NCBI RefSeq assembly: GCF_006345805.1
Contig: NC_043018.1
Coordinates: 8,990,001-9,054,000, forward strand
Direction: 5' to 3'
From: Octopus sinensis
Taxonomy: Eukaryota
DNA length: 64,000 bases
How positions within the stretch are numbered: the stretch's first letter is position 1; every line of letters begins with the position of its first letter. Below the pieces are notes generated by a model. That model had not been told where the DNA came from and ran no database searches. It worked only from the letters and a program-made list of their open reading frames with translations. The translations under genes and the position numbers were made by a program. Of this stretch, positions 39,776 to 51,839 are shown piece after piece.

Positions 39776-40119
39776 CTACAGTAAAATGTGACATTTCAAA
39801 CTATACATATGTCTGTGTGTATTTATATGACTATGCGTGTGCGTATGCAACTATCTATCTATATTTACACACACACACACATGTATGAATATATATGCAT
39901 GTATATATACAAATATATAGATTAAAGCAGAAAAGAAAAGGCAAACAGTTTGGCAAGACTTGACAAAGACATTTAATTTAATTTAGCTATATAATAAAAG
40001 GTTTAGATCACATCAAATACCAATTTGAGCTCTCAGATCGTATACCTATTAATCTGAGTCACCCTCACAAAAGCTCCTCATATATATATATACTTTATTT
40101 AAAGCAGCCGAAAATTCAA

Positions 40120-40169
40120 CAAAACCTGTTACTCTGAGTTTCACGTTGCCGTTCATCAGACAGTTTTTG
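40120..40169 (-). ncRNA. Minimal type I hammerhead ribozyme motif (Penelope-associated type)
   Basis: Minus strand reads CAAAAACUGU-CUGAUGA-ACG(GCAA)CGU-GAAAC-UCAGA-GUA^ACAGGUUUUG. It has a complete core, 3-bp stem II with GNRA loop, short stem III, GUA cleavage triplet and stem I of 4+5 bp. Confidence 0.7.
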
Positions 40170-40674
40170 CTAGAATGGAACCAATATGTCAATTCTATCC
40201 AGACTAGTATAAATGCTACACCTTTAAAAATGGACTTGTTTGATTGGTTCTTTACAAATAATGGTCAATTTTCGAGCGATAAACAAAAATGAGCTCAAAA
40301 AATATATATATATATATATATATAAAAATTATAAAATTCGAGGAAAAACCTTACATTGAATAAAATACATATTGTCATTAATAAAGGAAATATAATTAAT
40401 ACATGGAAATTGAAATTAAAATGTTAAAATCCATTAAAATATTACACGACAGTACATATTCATATTAAATTATACATATATACATCAACATACACAGATA
40501 GATTCGTGCAGACCACATACATATACAGACGTTTACTCCGGTATATATATATATATATATATGCGTAGGCTTGAAACGTAAAAGACTTTTCCTGTCCCTG
40601 AGCATTATACTAATACATCTGTTTGTTTTGTACACCACCTGTCTTCGTCTTTTGTTTTTTTCATAAACTCTCCT

Positions 40675-40732
<58 letters not shown>

Positions 40733-40798
40733 CTGCAGTAAGCAGATAAATGTGAAACAAGATGGAAAAAAGAGTACTCAAATACCAGGGGTAGAGTA

Positions 40799-40996
40799 AT
40801 ATGCTTTATTTAAAAGCAGCAGAAATATAACAAAAGCTGTTACTCAGAGTTTAATGTTTCTGTTCGTCGGACAGTTTTGTTAAAATAGAACAGAAGTATT
40901 TCTGTTCTATTTTACCAAAACTGTCCGTTGAACGGGAACATGAAACTCTGAGTAACAGCTTTTTTTATATTTCTGCTGCTTTTAAATAAAGTATAT
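40799..40996. repeat. ~200-bp imperfect palindrome made of two inverted, degenerate copies of the hammerhead-bearing repeat
   Basis: The arms are reverse complements around a loop at ~40896-40898. Each arm has the CTGT-CCG(A/T)NGA...AAAC-TCTGA-GTA-ACAG layout. Confidence 0.85.
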
Positions 40997-41502
40997 ATAA
41001 TGATTTCTTTATTGCTCACAGGGGGCTAAATATAGAGGTGACAAACAAGGACAAACAAAGGGATTAAATCGATTACATTGACCCCAGTGTGTAACTGGTA
41101 CTTATTTAATCGCCCCCGAAAGGATGAAGAGCAATGTCAACCTCGGCAGAATTTGAACTCAGAACATACCATATCAGAAAAAGAAGCACACTCTAAAGAA
41201 TAGAGCAGCAAATATTAAAACAAGAAGTTAAATTCTGGTCACATAATGACCAATGGTTTTGTAGCCATGAAAGCTACAGCCTTGTTTTTATACTCTTTTA
41301 CTTGTTTCAGTCATTTGACTGCGGCCATGCTGGAGCACCACCTTTAATCAAGCAACTCAACCCCAGGACTTATTCTTTTGTAAGCCCAGTACTTATTCTA
41401 TCAGTCTCTTTTGCCGAACCGCTAAGTAACGGGGACATAAACACACCAGCATCGGTTGTCAAGCGATGTTGGGGGGACAAACACAGACACACAAACACAC
41501 AT

Positions 41503-41557
<55 letters not shown>

Positions 41558-42649
41558 ATACACATATATACGACGGGCTTCTTTCAGTTTCCGTCTACCA
41601 AATCCACTCACAAGGCTTTGGTCAGCCCGAGGCTATAGTAGAAGACACTTGCCCAAGGTGCCACACAGCGGGACTGAACCCGGAACCATGTGGTTGGTAA
41701 ACAAGCTACTTACCACATAGCCACTCCTATGCCTATATATATATAATATAAATAATTTGGGAAAACGAATGTCCAAATCAATCAGGTACAACCCTTCAGC
41801 ATTATATGCATCCACATATCGTACCTTGCTGTCTTATTTCTCGTATATTTATATATTTATCTATAAATATACAAAGTATCTGATAAAAAATCAATATTAA
41901 TTCAATTTTGGGGGATTAATCGATATACAGGTATTCTATTTCAGATAATATAAAAAATATGAAATTAAAAAAAGAATATCCTAATGCTACCAGACCTTTA
42001 GCAATCCCAATTTAAGTAAGTCTACAGGATTAAGTAAATATATATGGGAATTAAAATCTAGAAAAAGAGAGAACACCCTTAATTGGGGTATTATAGGTAG
42101 AGCCCATGCCTATAATATTAGGAATAAAATGTGTTTATTACACATAACTGAATTTATGAAACTACTACAGTCTAGAGATGAATTATTAAACACATATGAT
42201 GAACAAAGAGTTAAATGTAGGCACAGAAGTAATTTTACATTTAGTAAAATGAAGTACTGAACCCCGCAACCCCTGAATCAAATAACCACATAATTTTATT
42301 TCTAAAGCACTTGAAGATTTTGGCACAAGGGCAGCAATTTTAGCAGGAGTCAGTTGCATTGATTCTAGTACTTGACTTATACTTTATTTCATCGACCCCG
42401 AAAGTTGACAAGACAGTGTCAACCATTGTGGAATTTGAACTCAGAATGTAAAGATCTGAAAGAAATGCTGCTAAGCATTTTATCCAATGTGCCAACAATT
42501 CTTCCAGCTTGACTTATATATAACTAGTCCAAGTTTCACAAGCATGAGAAGATGGATCTCAATGTGATCACTAGATTGCTAGAAATAGCAGCTAAATTTC
42601 TTAGCCATTTTAGAAGGAAGAGGGACACATAAGCTAATATAGCATATTT

Positions 42650-42895
42650 ATCTATCTATCCGCTCAGTCGAAGTCGACTCTCGATTACTCGATGGATCAG
42701 TGTCCTCCAGTCAGTTCTATCCTGGGCCGTTTCTTTCAGACTGGCTATGTACATTCCGGTATCACTCTTGATGGTGTCAAGCCAGCGGGTTCTTGGTCGG
42801 CCTCTTCCTCTCTTACCACTGACCATTCCAAGCATGATGTCCTTCTCCAGGGATTTTCTCCTCATAATATGACCAAAATATGCCAATCTATAGCA
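42650..42895 (-). mobile_element. RTE LINE 3' end, same family as 22788
   Basis: ORF 42656-42913 reads RLAYFGHIMRRKSLEKDIMLG... Confidence 0.88.
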
Positions 42896-43986
42896 TATAC
42901 TGTAGCATAACAAAAGAACAGGATGGTCATGGTTAGAATGTCTTTAGTCAGAGATCTCCTCAATCAGGGTTGACTTGCAATTCAATAACATCAACACCTA
43001 TATATATGAGTCAATGATAAGCCTTCATGTGGTCACTCAACAAGGTGGAAATAGCAACCAGAGCTTCTTCAAATTACACCCTACCAGCTTGAATAAAATG
43101 CGATACATTGGACAATGAAGCCCAAGATGTACAAGAAGACTGATGGTCATGGTTGGAAGTATGCTTGATCAGAGGTGATCTAAGACTAAGTAACACCAAC
43201 AGACTTGTATGCTACGACAGAAGAGAGAATGATAAAGAAAGGAACATGACAAGACTGCAACACAGTTCCCCTTAGAAAAACCCACAAGGTTGTTCACAAT
43301 ATTGAGGTCTTCAACCAGAGAAGTCTGGTAACATCTGGAAGAATGCATCTAAGAATTCCACTTTGTCATTTCACTGACAACCTACAGGACTTGGTCAGAA
43401 ATGACCTGGGACTAAGCAACAACAACAATGATGGTAACTTACTGTGTCTCTGTGTAGCACATTCGGTAATTTCAAACTTCGCATAATTACGGTTTCTTCC
43501 AGAATATTGAAATCAGCCTACAAAAAATAAGTAAAATAATTAAATAATAGGCGTAGGAGTGGCTGTGTGGTAAGTAGCTTGCTAACCAACCACATGGTTC
43601 CAGGTTCAGTCCCACTGCGTGGCATCTTGGGCAAGTGTCTTCTGCTATAGCCTCGAGCCGACCAATGCCTTGTGAGTGGATTTGGTAGACGGAAACTGAA
43701 AGAAGCCCATCGTATATATGTATATATATATATATGTATGTATGTGTGTGTGTTTGTGTGTCTGTGTTTGTTCCCCTAGCATTAACCGATGCTGGTGTGT
43801 TTATGTCCCCGTCACTTGGCGGTTCGGCAAAAGAGACCGATGGAATAAGTCCCGGGGTCGATGTGCTTGACTAAAAAAGGTGGTGCTCCAGCATGGCCAC
43901 AGTCAAATGACTGAAACAAGTAAAAGAGGCATGGCAGTGTGATTAGAAGCTTGCTTCTGCACATGCGTTGGTCAGTGTTTTTTTTG

Positions 43987-44261
43987 CACTGCTAAGAGTC
44001 ATGACACTGCTAAGAGTCATGACACTGCTAAGAGTCATGACACTGCTAAGAGTCATGACACTGCTAAGAGTCATGACACTGCTAAGAGTCATGACACTGC
44101 TAAGAGTCATGACACTGCTAAGAGTCATGACACTGCTAAGAGTCATGACACTGCTAAGAGTCATGACACTGCTAAGAGTCATGACACTGCTAAGAGTCAT
44201 GACACTGCTAAGAGTCATGACACTGCTAAGAGTCATGACACTGCTAAGAGTCATGACACTG
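43987..44261. repeat. Perfect 18-bp tandem repeat, 15 units (cactgctaagagtcatga)
   Basis: Identical units with no spacers; 6-aa periodicity in the ORF track. Confidence 0.97.
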
Positions 44262-44679
44262 TGCACCAACGTCGTGAATTATTGAACAGTGAAGCACAAC
44301 TACAAGGTAAGACATTTGTTGTTTTGGGGTTCAGTGGGGGTTTGTTGTTCGTGTTTATTTATTTTGTCGATCAAGAAATCTCTGCTGAGTTCCAGGCATT
44401 TGTCTGACTGTAGTTGTGCTTAGAAGCCTCACTTAACGGTGAGAAGTGTGTTTTGGGGACGTATCCCTACTCCAATAATTGCAAACATTGTGCTTATTTT
44501 TTACCCATTTTTTGGTGAAATTGTTGTGTGACTGCTTTGTGCCCTGGATTACCAAGTGGATTACCGAGTTGGCCAGGAGTACCAAGATGGCCAGAAGAAT
44601 AGTTTGCTGTGTTTTTTAACTGTTTTTCTTTTCTTCTTCCTTCCTATGACATCACAATTTTCTCTTACACACTGTCTTG

Positions 44680-45900
44680 CAATCCAAACCACTTCAAGTC
44701 TTTGGTCTTCACATCACTGAACATAGAAAAACTTCTTTTCTGCTTCTCCCTTGGCTAGATATACCTGTCTCCTAGCTTCCCTTCTGGCTATCTGGTACAG
44801 TTCCCTGCTAAACCCACTCTTCCAGGCTTTTCAGGCCTGTTTCTTTGCTTTAATGGTCCTGTCTACAGTATCTTTCCATCACCACATCACTCTAGGTCTG
44901 GATAGGGCTTTGCTCCAGCCACAGATTTGGTCTGTGGCACTCAACAAAGAATTTCCAGTTTCCCTCAATGTCACAAGTCTGTAGCTCCTTTTCCCTCTCA
45001 TCAAATTTGTTAATTAGGATGTCCCTAAATCTCTAACCATATGAAGGGTCCTTAAGTTTCCAAATCCTTTTTTTTCATATTGGTCTGCTTCTTGGCATCC
45101 TTCTGGCCTGGAGTCTAAAGTCACTAACGACTTGTCTATGCTGGGGGGGGGGGGATACATTCTTCACCAGGGAGGGTCTTTGTATTTAAGAGCAACCATG
45201 TATCTTGCTGTCTGGTGAGAATGTAATTGATTTGGCTAGCACAGTCACCTGATTGGTAGGTTATCAGGTGGTTGGTTAGCTTCTTGAAGTTGGTGTTGCA
45301 GAGCAACAGGCTATTTACATCAAAGAACTTCAGTAGCCTTGTTCCCTCTTCGTTTTGGAAACCAATTCCATGGCCCCCATGTACACCATGAAAGATACCG
45401 GGCTGCTGTCCGACATGCCCATTGAAATCCCCAGCCATGAAGATGAGATCATTGTCACTCATCTTTGAGGCAGCCTGCAGGAGAATATCATAAAAGTAGT
45501 CCTTCTGTTCATTTGGTAGGCTTGCTTGTGGGGGCACAGGCAGAGATAATTGTCGCTATACTATTCTGCAAGACTAGCCTGAGCTTAAGTACTCTATCGC
45601 ACACTCTGGTGACTTCTATGACCCTATCCACCCATTTCTCTGCAAGAAGTATGCCCACACCACCTATCCCATCACTGTTACCTTTCCAGAAGATTTTATA
45701 CCTATGTGAGGAATCTGGCTGAAGCTCCTCTCCACCTTACCTCTTGAATGCAGCATATATCAACATGCCTCCATTCAAGCATCTCAACAATCTCGCTGGA
45801 GCTACCTTTCAATGTGCCTATGTTGACAGTGCCAACTCTGAAAACTGGGAAAGGGACGTGGGAGGGTTCATGGGAAGGAGAGATGGTATTCTGTACCTGA
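44680..45900 (-). mobile_element. Decayed RTE-type LINE apurinic endonuclease region
   Basis: VGTVNIGTL...DICCIQEVRW, AGDFNGHVG and LCNTNFKK..HLITYQSG motifs. Confidence 0.85.
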
Positions 45901-46637
45901 AAAGAAGGTTTCAATCATTGTTTGATAACAGTCATGTCACATCATTTGTTCTCGTTTTAACCTACCATTATTCAAACATGTCAAAATTGTTGCCCCTATT
46001 GGGGGTGATTGTAATGTAAGCATTGTAAATATTAAGTGTTATGAGTGTTGTAAATATAAGTGTTATTACTGCAAACATAAATGGGTCAATATTTAAATTA
46101 AGTAAACAAGCTACTATTGGTTAGTCCAGTGCTTTTCAACCTTTTTGCTGGAGCGCAACCCCAAGAAAACATTTCACTGGCTCGAGGAACCCCTGTGCAA
46201 TAATTTAATTGTCTTATGCACACATATCTGCACAGGAGAATTCAAAATTACTGTCGATTTTAGCATTTTTGTAACTTCTTGCGAACCCCTGGACTGTACT
46301 GGCGGAACCCTAAGGTTCCGCGGAACCCTGATTGAAAACCACTGGGTTAGTCCAATAGAGAGAAAGAGGTAGGTGGTTTGTTAATTTACTAAGTAACACA
46401 TCTCCTTTTGACACATGCAGTAGTATAGATGATTGGTGGTGGTGTGTGTGGTGGGGGTATGCAAGTCTTCTGGTACAGAAGCGAGCCAGAGCTCTGTAGA
46501 AGTCTCCAGTATAATAGAAGAGATTTCTGGTATTGGTGGAGGGGTGGGAATGGGTGGGCGTATCATGGACAAGTAATGGACAGCTTCACCTCAGGAAACA
46601 GAAATAGCAGTAAGGTGACACTAGTGAGGCAGAGAGA

Positions 46638-46676
<39 letters not shown>

Positions 46677-47251
46677 GAAAGACTATCGCTGGAGGAAATC
46701 TTGATAAGAATGAGATACTAGTATTATATTGTAGTACTATATAGTAGTATTTTCTAGTATAGTAGTATGACATAGTTTGAATTCAGTGTAACGTTTTGTC
46801 TCTGCCCATTTTATATTCATTGAGGTATTAGTAGTAGAAAGAGCAACCGGCTATAAAAACTACTCACTGTAAAAATATACAAATATCAAAATTTGTTAAA
46901 AAAAACCCATCCCTCCTTTATATTTTAACAATGGAACAATTGTGCAAGTCAATAAGAAAAAGCAAAAAAAAAGAAAAAAAAGAGAGAGAAATAATTAAAA
47001 TAAAAATTCTCCTGGTGGCAGATTTCATTTGCTGAAACAGATACAAGGGTGAAGTGTTCTTATCAAATGCAAACATTCACATAGTTTTTTAACTTTTACT
47101 TGCTTCAGGTATTAGATTGTGGTTGTGTGGTAACAAGGCGGTGAGCTGGCAGAAATGTGAGCATACCAGGGGAAATGCTTAGTGGTATTTCATCTGTCTT
47201 TGCATTCTGAGTTTGAATTCCGCCGAGGTCACCTTTGCCTTTCATCCTTTC

Positions 47252-47379
47252 GGGGTCGATAAATTAAGTACCAGTTATGCACTGGGGTCGATAAATTAAG
47301 TACCAGTTATGCACTGGGGTCGATAAATTAAGTACCAGTTATGCACTGGGGTCGATAAATTAAGTACCAGTTATGCACT
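47252..47379. repeat. Four perfect 32-bp tandem copies inside a SINE
   Basis: ggggtcgataaattaagtaccagttatgcact x4. Confidence 0.95.
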
Positions 47380-48511
47380 GGGGTCGATGTAATCGACTTA
47401 ATCCCTTTGTTTGGTCTGTCCTTGTTTGTCCCCTCTATGTTTAGCCCCTTGTGGGCAATAAAGAAATAAGAAGCTTGCTTCCCAACCACATGGTTCCAGG
47501 TTCATTCTCACAGTGTGGCACCTTGGGCAAGTGTTTTCTCCTATAGCCTCAGGTGACCAAAGCCTTGTGAGTGGATTCAGTAGAGGAAAACTGAAAGAAA
47601 TCTGTCATGTACATATGTGTGTGCGTAGAGTGGCTATTTGAGTATGATCGTTACCAGCGTCACCTTACTGGCACTTATGCCTGTGCTAGTAGGGTACCAA
47701 GAACACCATCCGAGCATGATCGTTGCCAGAGCAGCCAACTGGCTTCCATACCCGTGGCACGTAAAAGGGCACCATTCGAGTGTGATCGTCACCAACGTTG
47801 CTTCACTGGCACGTGTAAAAAGATTCGAGTGAGGTCATTGCCAGTACCGCCTGACTGGCCCCTGTGCAGGTGGCACATAAAAAGCACCCACTACACTCTC
47901 GGAGTGGTTGGCATTAGAAAGGGCATCCAGCTGTAGAAACTCTGCCAGATCAAGACTGGAGCCTGGTGCAACCATCTGGCTCACCAGCCCTCAGTCAAAA
48001 TCGTCCAACCCATGCTAGCATGAAAAATGGACATTAAATGGTGATGATGATATATATATATATATGGAAAATGAAAAATGGAAGTTGCAAGAACTTTTAA
48101 TATAATAATCACAACAATTGTTTCAACACATCTAGCACTGATCCCACGGAGGGTGGGGGCAGGAAACTCAACAACTGGTTCAGGAGCATCCGGCGGTGCA
48201 GATGTGTCTCTTCAGGTGATAAATAGATATAACTCATTAACATAACAGTCCTGCAATGTATCTTCTCATTTGGTGTAAAGAAAAGCAGTAAAATAAAGGA
48301 CATAGCTTTATTTATATAGAAGATCAAAAATAACACAACAGGCGCAGGAGCGGCTGTGTGGTAAGTAGCTTGCTCACCAACCACATGGTCCCGGGTTCAG
48401 TCCCACTGCATGGCACCTTGGGCAAGTGACTTCTGCTATAGCCTTGGGCCGACCAAAGCCTTGTGAGTGGATTTGGTAGACGGAAACTGACAGAAGCCTG
48501 TCATATATATA

Positions 48512-48613
<102 letters not shown>

Positions 48614-49209
48614 TGTGTGTGTGTATGTGTGTGTATGTGTGTGTGTTTGTGTGTCTGTGTTTGTCCCTCTAGCATCGCTTGACAACCGATGCTGGTGTGT
48701 TTACGTCCCCGTCACTTAGCAGTTCGGCAAAAGAGACCGATAGAATAAGTACTGAGCTTACAGAGAATAAGTCCCGGGGTCGATTTGCTCGACTAAAGGT
48801 GGTGCTCCAGCATGGCTGCAGTCAAATGACTGAAACAAGTAAAAGAGTAAAGAGTATGCAAAAATGAAATGAATACACAAAAACAGTGAGAAAAGCATCA
48901 AAAGTAACCATTAACAGATATGGATATATAAACGCCTTTGTGCAAGTTGCATGGCACATGTACACTCACTTATACAAGCATCCATGAAGATGTAAGCATA
49001 TGCACATGTGGGGTTTGGTGCCCACATGTTCACATAGTGAGTTAAATGGGGAAGTTAAGGCTAAACTTAATCCATCTAAACCTTAAAGTAAATTATGTTA
49101 ACAGTTACTCAAATTCATTCCCACTGCATTGTGCGAAAGTACATTTATATGCGTGCAGGCATCTTGAGGGTCTTTCAGAAATTCTATTAACGATCCTCTC
49201 ATTGGTTCA

Positions 49210-49743
49210 TAGAATTGGTGGGACATGAAAGGTTTAGTCCACTCTGAACTTTTAAACCCAAACCAAATGATAACAAAGGTGATCTACTGTGAGCAGCTTG
49301 AGTGGCTTAAGTCAGTGCTAGAAGAAAAACGACTGTCTTTGTTTTTAGGAGGAAAGGTGTTCTTCCATCAAGAAAATGCTCAGCCACATACAGTGAGGAT
49401 GTCAATCCAAAGGCTGGAGTAGTTTGAATGGGAATTGAGACTCCACCAACCATATTCACCAGACATTACCCCATCTGATTATCATTTATTCTGCAGTCTT
49501 CAAAATCATTTGGACAGAAAAATAAGAATTCTGTAGACAAGGTCAGAACAGTACTGGAGGAGTATTTTTCTTCACGGACAAGTGAATTTTGGAAGAGGGG
49601 CCTTGCAAGTCTACCAGACAGAGGAAAGAGCATTGTAGAAAATGAAGGAGAGTATATTTTAGATTAAAAGAGAAGTTTGTTTATCTTAATTTTGAAAAAT
49701 AAAAGAAGTATAAAAAAACTGCATTATTTATGGGATGACCCAA
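49210..49743 (+). mobile_element. Mariner remnant: 3' part of transposase and right TIR, same family as 33168
   Basis: FHQENAQPH and HQPYSPDITPSDYHLF motifs; ends ttatttatgggatgacccaa|TA. Confidence 0.88.
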
Positions 49744-50592
49744 TATATTATACACACACACACACACATACATACATACATATGTATTCATATGAATAAA
49801 TTTATATTAAAAACAAAAAGAAAAAATGTCTGAGAATTTTATCGTAGACAAAGGAAGAAAATATTTACATTTTTATCCAAATATTGCTTCTGGTTTCAAT
49901 TGTTTTTAAGACAATTTAGTCATGGTTGTATAAAAGGAAAATAAATTGAAATAAAATAAATGGAATTCATCTTTAATAACATCAGTTATGGAGGTTCAAA
50001 TGTCCTTCCACATTGATTTCATTTATTTGCAACCAGTAGCATATTTTAGTAAAAATGTCAATATTGTATTTCTCTCGAAATGTTGTCTTCTCTTTGTTTT
50101 TTTCAGATGCACATGCCTGCGTGCGCACACACACACACAGTCAATGAAGCAACAACATTACTCTTTACTCTTTTACTTGTTTCAGTCATTTGACTGCGGC
50201 CATGCTGGAGCACCGCCTTTAGTCGAGCAAATCGACCCGGGACTTATTCTTTGTAAGCCCAGTACTTATTCCATCGGTCTCTTTTGCCGAACCGCTAAGT
50301 GACGGGGACGTAAACACACCAGCATCGGTTGTCAAGCAATGCTAGGGGGACAAACACACCACACACAAACTCATACACACATATATATATATACATATAT
50401 ACGACAGGCTTCTTTCAGTTTCCGTCTACCAAATCCACTCACAAGGCATTGGTCGGCCCGGGGCTATAGTAGAAGACACTTGCCCAAGATGCCATGCAGT
50501 GGGACTGAACCCGGAACCATGTGGTTGGTTAGCTAGCTACTTACCACACAGCCACTCCTGCGCCACATTCTTTCAATCAAATATAAACTTAC

Positions 50593-50673
50593 ATTTAAAG
50601 TCTTTAAATGCTGTCTCAGAGATTTCCCACGAGTCTTCAGCAGCTCCTTTGATCTTTTGACATCTTCTGTTTC
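50593..50673 (-). CDS. Exon 2, phase 0-0, ETEDVKRSKELLKTRGKSLRQHLKTLN
   Basis: Acceptor gtttgtttgtttttag|GAA, donor AAT|gtaagt, 81 nt, open frame matching exon 1 phase. Confidence 0.75.
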
Positions 50674-50989
50674 CTAAAAACAAACAAACAAAAAAAAGAA
50701 TATGCATTTATCTACTGTTGATGTTAGCAGTATCATCATTATGATCGTCACATTGTCCCTATTGGCTTGTGTCGGTCTGTGTAGCCCTCGAGTGCGATAT
50801 GCTTCATTTTAATATGTTTCCATCCTTTTACAGACCCCCTTAATCAATATATATATATAGGCACAAGTGTGGCTGTGTGGTCAAGAATGACATGGCTTCT
50901 ATTAAAGTGTCACTCACAGCTATCATGTGACATCAAGACAAGAAGACACAACATACAGGCACACCCACACATATGTATTATATATAACG

Positions 50990-51835
50990 GGTGTCTTAGC
51001 AGAAGAATTATACAACCATCTGGAAAGTAACAATCTACTTCCAGAAGAACAGATAGGATGCTGGAAACAAAAGTAGGGCAACAAAAGATCACTAATTGGT
51101 CAATAAAACAATAATTAGAAATTGTAGATGCAGATTGATGCTACTGAATGTAGCATGGTAAGATTACCAAAAAGCATATGACATGGGACCACATAGTTGG
51201 AAAAGTAAAACAATGAGCATGTTTGAAATAGCAAAAAGCATAAAGAAAATTATTGTTATATTTTGGAATGGTCATTTTGCCAGTTTAGCCAATAAAAACA
51301 CACACTATATATTTGGTGTTATTATTGGATAAACTGGCAAAATGACCATTCCGAAATATAACAATATTTGTTTCAACACACAGCTTCTCATAAAAAATCT
51401 TGCACAACAAAAATGCATAAAGAAAATGCTTAATGAAAATACGAAACATTGGAACACTGAACTGATCAGAGAAAAACAAAATTCAGAAAAGTGAACATAA
51501 GATGTGGAAAAATTCCAAGGCGACATCTGATCTCCATTACTATTTGTATTGGCCATGACACCACTCACTATAATACTACAAAAAGTTAAAATTGCTAATG
51601 ATTTTTGGAAAAGGAAATGGTCAGCTAAATCATCTCCTTTTCATGGATGATATAAAGGCTTATGTGAAAAATAAGAAACAGCTTAAAAAGTCTTGTACAT
51701 GCTATCCGCATTTTCTCAAATGACATAGGTATGGAATTAACCTAAATACAGTGAGACAGAAGTTTTAAAAAATAGCAAATTATAAAGGACCAGGCCCAGG
51801 TGGAGTACAAGGCTATTGGCTGAAGAACTGAAGAA
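50990..51835 (+). mobile_element. Degenerate R4/Dong-type LINE RT fragments
   Basis: DYQKAYD..PHSW, FQGD...PLLFVLAMTPL and HLLFMDDIK motifs; similar pieces at ~38880-39050. Confidence 0.65.
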
Positions 51836-51839
51836 TGTA

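Noticed and set aside
43987-44261. Possible CRISPR array
   Set aside because: Contiguous identical units with no spacers, no cas genes and eukaryotic context.
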